DNA of 64,000 nt from an uncultured Nitrososphaerota archaeon. GTDB taxonomy: Archaea; Thermoproteota; Nitrososphaeria; Conexivisphaerales; DTJL01. The stretch spans positions 288,001-352,000 of the forward strand of contig CAWJIE010000005.1 of assembly GCA_963842885.1 (NCBI GenBank), in the 5' to 3' direction. The position numbers and the translations under genes were made by a program. Position 1 is the stretch's first letter. Every line of letters starts with the position of its first letter. Positions 59,556 to 64,000 of this stretch are shown here, one piece after another. The notes beneath the pieces were generated by a model, which was given only the letters and a program-made list of their open reading frames with translations, made no database searches and was not told the origin of the DNA.

Positions 59556-59919
59556 TCACTTCTGGTCCTTGCCGTAGCTCTGGATTACGATGATCATGAA
59601 GAGGAAGGCCATGGCAACCAACGCGAAGACCAGGGTCAGAGCCGAGCGCCGGGACGTAGCCCAGCGAGGAGTAGGTCCCCCACATTGCAGAGGCCCAGCC
59701 GGAGAATGCGGCGAAAAGCATGAAAGATGCGACCCCAGTGCAAAACCTGAACCTATCGCCTGACGTCCAGAAGAATGAGGCAGCCGAAAGGGCAATCCCG
59801 ATGACGCCTGGGAAGGCGGTGTACAGCCCCACGCCGCCGACGAGAGGGACGGCTATCAGCGCGGCGCTGCCGACTAGGTCGACGATTGAGAGCAATCGCC
59901 TTACGGCAGCTTTCTGCAT
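59556..59919 (-). CDS. Small four-TM membrane protein (frameshifted)
   Basis: Hydrophobic segments split across ORFs 59401-60045 and 59556-59795. Confidence 0.55.
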
Positions 59920-59966
59920 GAGCCAAGCACCGATGAAACGACAATATAAGATTTTATGTCCCGTCC

Positions 59967-60292
59967 TCAGCCGAAAGCCCCGGGAACATCGCGAAGTGCC
60001 GTGGCCATGCCCGCGATGGAGTCCGCCATTTCGTCGGCGGTCCACCGCTCCGTAGGGACGCCCAGCCTACGGGCGAGGTCGATGAGAGAGCCCGTCTGGC
60101 CTCTCCGGCTCCGGTCTGGGCACCTCGAGAGCAGCAGGCTCTCCTGACTGCTTCTGGAGGTTTCGCACAGCCCTGTCGAATGCGTCTTTCGCCTGGGCGC
60201 TGAGCTGATCGAACTGCTCCTTAGCCTTGGCTATCGACCGCATCGTGCTGGGGAGCTTCTTGGGGTCGCCGCTGAAGCTGCTCGAAATTCAT
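59967..60292 (-). pseudogene. TatA/TatB-like protein lacking its TM helix, frameshifted
   Basis: 'FSGDPKKLPSTMRSIAKAKEQF' amphipathic helix and 'LIDLARRLGVPTE..TADE' tail. Confidence 0.45.
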
Positions 60293-60407
60293 AACCCCTC
60301 TGCCTAGAGCCTTGCTCCGGCGCTCTTCCACTTGTGTGAGCGGCCCAGAGGCCTCTCCAAACGTTAATAGCCATAACGACGGCGTATCCATGCGGAGGTT
60401 TAGACGC

Positions 60408-63400
60408 ATGCCAACGTCTGGCGACATAGCCGCCAGTCTCAAGGAATTGGAGATGGGGAATGACGACATACCCACTTCCATACTCCTGGGCGCCGGCTAC
60501 GACGGAGAGAAACGGTTAGCCTTCCTTGAGTTCTACGAACCCTCCTCCCAGAGGATCTTCCATTACTACGACAAGTCAGGCCATATGCCATATTGCTTCA
60601 CGAAGGAGCCCCTTGAGGAGCTGGCCTTCCTGAAGCAGCGCAAGGATGTCGTAGACGTGCACACGGAGGAGAAGATGGACCTCATCAACGACAAGAGGAT
60701 ACTTGTCTCAAAGATCGTCACTTCCGACCCTCTCGCCATCGGCGGCGCCACCAACGAGCGGAGCATCAGGAACACAATAACGGCGTACGAGGCTGACATC
60801 AAGTACTACGAGAACTACCTCTACGACAACCAGCTTCAGGTCGGCTCCTTTTATTCAGTCAGGGAGGGCAAGGTCATCCCGGAGGTGATGGAGACCGCGG
60901 CAGGCGTCGAAGACGCGCTCCACAAGAGCCTTGAGGGCTCGACTCCGCCCCTCTCAGACTACATCCGCAACTGGGCGCTCCTCCTCACCCAGCCGCAGCC
61001 CGAGATCAAGAGGGCGGCCATCGACATCGAAGTCTACTCACCCGTCGAGAGCCGTATCCCCGACCCCGAGAAGGCCGAGTACCAGATCATCAGCGTCGCG
61101 CTGGCGGGCAGCGACGGCAAGAAGGTGGTCTACGTGTTGGAGCGTCCCGGCCTCGAGCTGGGCCCCGACAGGGTCCCCCCGGACGTCGAGAAGCGGTTCT
61201 TCAAGACGGAGCCCGAGCTCCTTCTCTCCATGTACGAAGACCTCCTGACGTACCCGGTCGTAATCACCTTCAACGGCGACGAGTTCGACCTCCCCTACCT
61301 ATACCAGAGGTCCCTAAACATGAACATCCCCAAGGAGAGCATCCCCATAACCCGGGGGAACCAGATGGCGTCAATCCGCCACGGCATACACATAGACCTC
61401 TACAGGGCGTTCAACAACCGAAGCATCCAGATTTACGCTTTCTCGAACAAGTACTCCGAGCACACCTTGAACGGAGTCGCCTCCGGCCTCTTAGGGAGGG
61501 AGAAGGTCGAGATCGACGTCCCCATCGGTGAGCTCCTGCTGAACGAGCTGGCGTACTACAACTACGTTGACTCCGAGCTCACCCTGGACCTCACTCGCTT
61601 CGACAACGACGTCTTCATGAAGCTCTTCATTACCATCTGCAGGATCTCCAAGATGCCGCTGGAGGACGCTTCGAGGCTCAACGTCTCCAACTGGATTCGT
61701 AGCCTCATGATATTCGAGCACCGCCGCTGGAACGCCCTCGTCCCGCGGAGGGAGGACCTGGAGGGAAAGGGCGGGGCGTCGTCCGAGGCCATCATTAAGG
61801 GGAAGAAGTACAAGGGAGGCTTCGTCGTCGACCCCAAGCCGGGCGTCCACTTCAACGTCGTCGTCCTCGACTTCGCGTCGCTGTATCCGTCGCTCATCAA
61901 GGTCTACAACCTCAGCTATGAAACCGTCCGCTGCGTCCACCCCGAATGCAGGGACAACCTCATCCCGGAGACGGACCACTGGGTCTGCACCAAGCGGAAG
62001 GGGATGACGTCGCTCCTCATCGGCAGCCTCCGCGACGTGAGGGTCGGATACTTCAAGAGCCTGTCTAAGAGGCCCGGCCTGACAAAGGCCGACAAGGAGT
62101 TCTTCAACGTCATCTCTCAAGCGCTCAAAGTCTTCCTTAACGCATGTTTCACGGGAGACACCGACATCGTTACGCCCGATGGCATCAAGAACATCAGAGA
62201 GATGAAGGTCGGGGACCGGGTGGTGAACGTCAACCCCGAGACGATGGAAATCGATATAGACAGGGTCATCGAGGTGCAGGAGTTCCCATACAGGGGTGAG
62301 ATGTACCACTTCAATGACCGGCGTTTCGTTGATCTTATGGTCACCCCGAACCATCGCTTCCTGACCACGAACGGGAAGGGCAAGAAACCCGTCTTCCGCG
62401 CGGCAGAAGAGATCTTCAAGGCCACGGACATTGCGATCCCCAAGATCAAGCCAAGGATTGATACAGAGCCGCCAACACGCCTGTCATTTCTCCAGACCGC
62501 CAAGAACATAGGCGCCATGGCGGCGTTCTACCCTGGAGCAGAGCGCCCCCACTTCTGGTTCGCCAAGCTGCCTGAAGACTTCAAGCTCAAATTGAGGAAG
62601 AACAAGGTCCCCGACGAGAAAGGCAGCAAGCTCGTTGGAGGAGCCCGCCCATTCTTCAGGGTTCCCGCGAGGGAGCTTACCGAGAACGACATCGACCGTG
62701 CCGAGGCCATAGGCGGTTCGGTCTTCTTCTCGCAGCCCAAGTGCTTTAAAGTCCCCGCGCGCCTGGAGACGGAAGACTTCGCTGCATTGTGCGGGTGGTT
62801 CGTCTCCGAGGGCAGCTTGTTCTCAAACACCCCGAAGCTTTACGCCGACGGAGGGCATAGGGGGAGCAGTCAGGGGATAACGGTTTCCCAGAGCTACGGC
62901 AGGGGTAACCCGAACGGCGACTCCTACCGGAACGAAATAGGGAGACTGCTGGATAGGCTCGGGTTGAAGCACGACGCGGATCCAGGCGGGAAGAGGTATT
63001 TCAGAATCGCGAGCAGCGTACTCCACGAATGGATGCTCTCCAACTGCTACATGGCTGGCACTCTTCATCACACATCCATTTCCAAGAGGGTGCCCAGATT
63101 CGTCTTTGAATCCGAGAGGAACATGAAAGCTTTCCTTGATGCTGCCTACATGGGCGACGGCTCCGCGAAGCAGTGCTGCTACACGACCAACAGCAGGCGT
63201 CTGGCCGAAGACATGGTGGTACTCACCAGCCTGCTCGGTGCCAAATCCAAGATAAAGCGCGACGGAAACGTATACCGCGTGGTCTTCAAGAACGTCAGCT
63301 CAAAGCTGACCTACGCGGGAGCTGAGACGCGCAAGTATGTGAGGAAGGTGCCCTTCGATGGCACGGTTTACTGCGTCACGACGGAAAAGAACCACACCGT

Positions 63401-64000
63401 CATCGCTGGCAGGAACGGGAGGTTCGTGCACGTCGGCCAGTCATACGGCGTCATGGGATACGACAACTTCGCCCTCTACTGCCTCCCCGTCGCGGAAGCT
63501 ACGGCTGCCCTGGGGCGATACTCCATCGGGAAGACCATAGATAAGGCGAAGGAGCTGGGCGTGGAGGTCCTCTACGGCGACTCTGTCGCCGGCGATTCCG
63601 TCGTCTGGGTCAAGGAGCCGGCCGGGGTCCACGCGACGCGGATTGAGAACCTGTTCGGCTGGCCTTTGGGCACGACGATTGACGGAAAGGAGTATTTCAT
63701 GCCTCGCGAACTGAGCGTCCTGACGTTGGACGATGCCGGCAGGGCGGTCTTCAAGCCGGTCAAGCACGTGATGAGGCACCTGACCAAGAAGAGACTCTAC
63801 CGATTGAGCCTCACCAACAGGCTGGCCCTCACGGTCACAGAGGACCATAGCCTGATTAGCCTCCCACCCCGCCGCGGCAAGGAGAGCCACGCGAAATCGC
63901 TCAAGTTCGTCGAGATCAAGCCCACTGAGGTAGGGCGGCGGGTCAAGGAGCTGATTGCTCTCACGCGAGTCCCGCTCGAGAAGGTCGCCGTGCGGGGTTA
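60408..64000 (+). CDS. polB: Family B DNA polymerase (PolB1) with two inteins; runs off the window end
   Basis: Open frame from ATG 60408: AIDIEV, TFNGDEFDLPYL, LDFASLYPS, KVFLNA/SYG, LYGD; absent from the ORF track because it has no stop in the window. Confidence 0.95.
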   Translation, partial: MPTSGDIAASLKELEMGNDDIPTSILLGAGYDGEKRLAFLEFYEPSSQRIFHYYDKSGHMPYCFTKEPLEELAFLKQRKDVVDVHTEEKMDLINDKRILVSKIVTSDPLAIGGATNERSIRNTITAYEADIKYYENYLYDNQLQVGSFYSVREGKVIPEVMETAAGVEDALHKSLEGSTPPLSDYIRNWALLLTQPQPEIKRAAIDIEVYSPVESRIPDPEKAEYQIISVALAGSDGKKVVYVLERPGLELGPDRVPPDVEKRFFKTEPELLLSMYEDLLTYPVVITFNGDEFDLPYLYQRSLNMNIPKESIPITRGNQMASIRHGIHIDLYRAFNNRSIQIYAFSNKYSEHTLNGVASGLLGREKVEIDVPIGELLLNELAYYNYVDSELTLDLTRFDNDVFMKLFITICRISKMPLEDASRLNVSNWIRSLMIFEHRRWNALVPRREDLEGKGGASSEAIIKGKKYKGGFVVDPKPGVHFNVVVLDFASLYPSLIKVYNLSYETVRCVHPECRDNLIPETDHWVCTKRKGMTSLLIGSLRDVRVGYFKSLSKRPGLTKADKEFFNVISQALKVFLNACFTGDTDIVTPDGIKNIREMKVGDRVVNVNPETMEIDIDRVIEVQEFPYRGEMYHFNDRRFVDLMVTPNHRFLTTNGKGKKPVFRAAEEIFKATDIAIPKIKPRIDTEPPTRLSFLQTAKNIGAMAAFYPGAERPHFWFAKLPEDFKLKLRKNKVPDEKGSKLVGGARPFFRVPARELTENDIDRAEAIGGSVFFSQPKCFKVPARLETEDFAALCGWFVSEGSLFSNTPKLYADGGHRGSSQGITVSQSYGRGNPNGDSYRNEIGRLLDRLGLKHDADPGGKRYFRIASSVLHEWMLSNCYMAGTLHHTSISKRVPRFVFESERNMKAFLDAAYMGDGSAKQCCYTTNSRRLAEDMVVLTSLLGAKSKIKRDGNVYRVVFKNVSSKLTYAGAETRKYVRKVPFDGTVYCVTTEKNHTVIAGRNGRFVHVGQSYGVMGYDNFALYCLPVAEATAALGRYSIGKTIDKAKELGVEVLYGDSVAGDSVVWVKEPAGVHATRIENLFGWPLGTTIDGKEYFMPRELSVLTLDDAGRAVFKPVKHVMRHLTKKRLYRLSLTNRLALTVTEDHSLISLPPRRGKESHAKSLKFVEIKPTEVGRRVKELIALTRVPLEKVAVRG
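62145..63440 (+). other. Intein 1 (432 aa) with LAGLIDADG homing endonuclease, C-terminal Gly-Gln
   Basis: Starts CFTGDT; block B VTPNHRF; CGWFVSEGS and FLDAAYMGDG; ends YCVTTEKNHTVIAGRNGRFVHVGQ|S. Confidence 0.9.
63582..64000 (+). other. Intein 2 at the YGD|TD (pol-c) site, truncated by the window end
   Basis: LYGD|SVAGDSVVWV...; block B VTEDHSL. Confidence 0.85.

Noticed and set aside
17375-63890. Long antisense or alternate-frame ORFs (e.g. 18440-19753, 46244-47788, 58517-59404, 61491-62354)
   Set aside because: Shadows of high-GC3 genes on the opposite strand or frame.

Overview
Archaeal chromosome segment, about 60% GC in core genes. The Rpo12 motif IKCICGYRVF, PolB1, a TackOD1 protein and the integrase type point to Nitrososphaerota, probably a non-ammonia-oxidising lineage (inference). 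(1) 1-17.2 kb: an accretion island at tRNA-Arg(CCG). Three gap-free 64-bp recombination-site copies (tRNA 3' end plus a conserved arm) sit at 3383, 6615 and 16265. They divide the region into tandem cassettes carrying a tyrosine integrase, an integrase remnant, a repeated small-gene module and glycan-modification cargo. (2) 17.3-33.8 kb: a type IV pilus locus with a TackOD1 protein, an ATPase with a C-terminal winged-helix domain, two nearly identical tandem major pilins (one with an in-frame TGA in the main variable patch), TadC, minor pilins, a DUF2341 adhesin and an Ig-repeat surface protein. (3) 33.8-64 kb: housekeeping genes (argS, PiT/DUF47, npdG, nfo, sdhACDB, surE, ferredoxin-NADP reductase, HMG-CoA synthase/thiolase/DUF35, rpoP, tyrS, polB1 with two inteins), interrupted by three solo TnpB elements with conserved ends. 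Many single-base frameshifts, even in essential genes, suggest sequencing or assembly error, so pseudogene calls are provisional. All family assignments come from motif recognition by eye, not from database searches.
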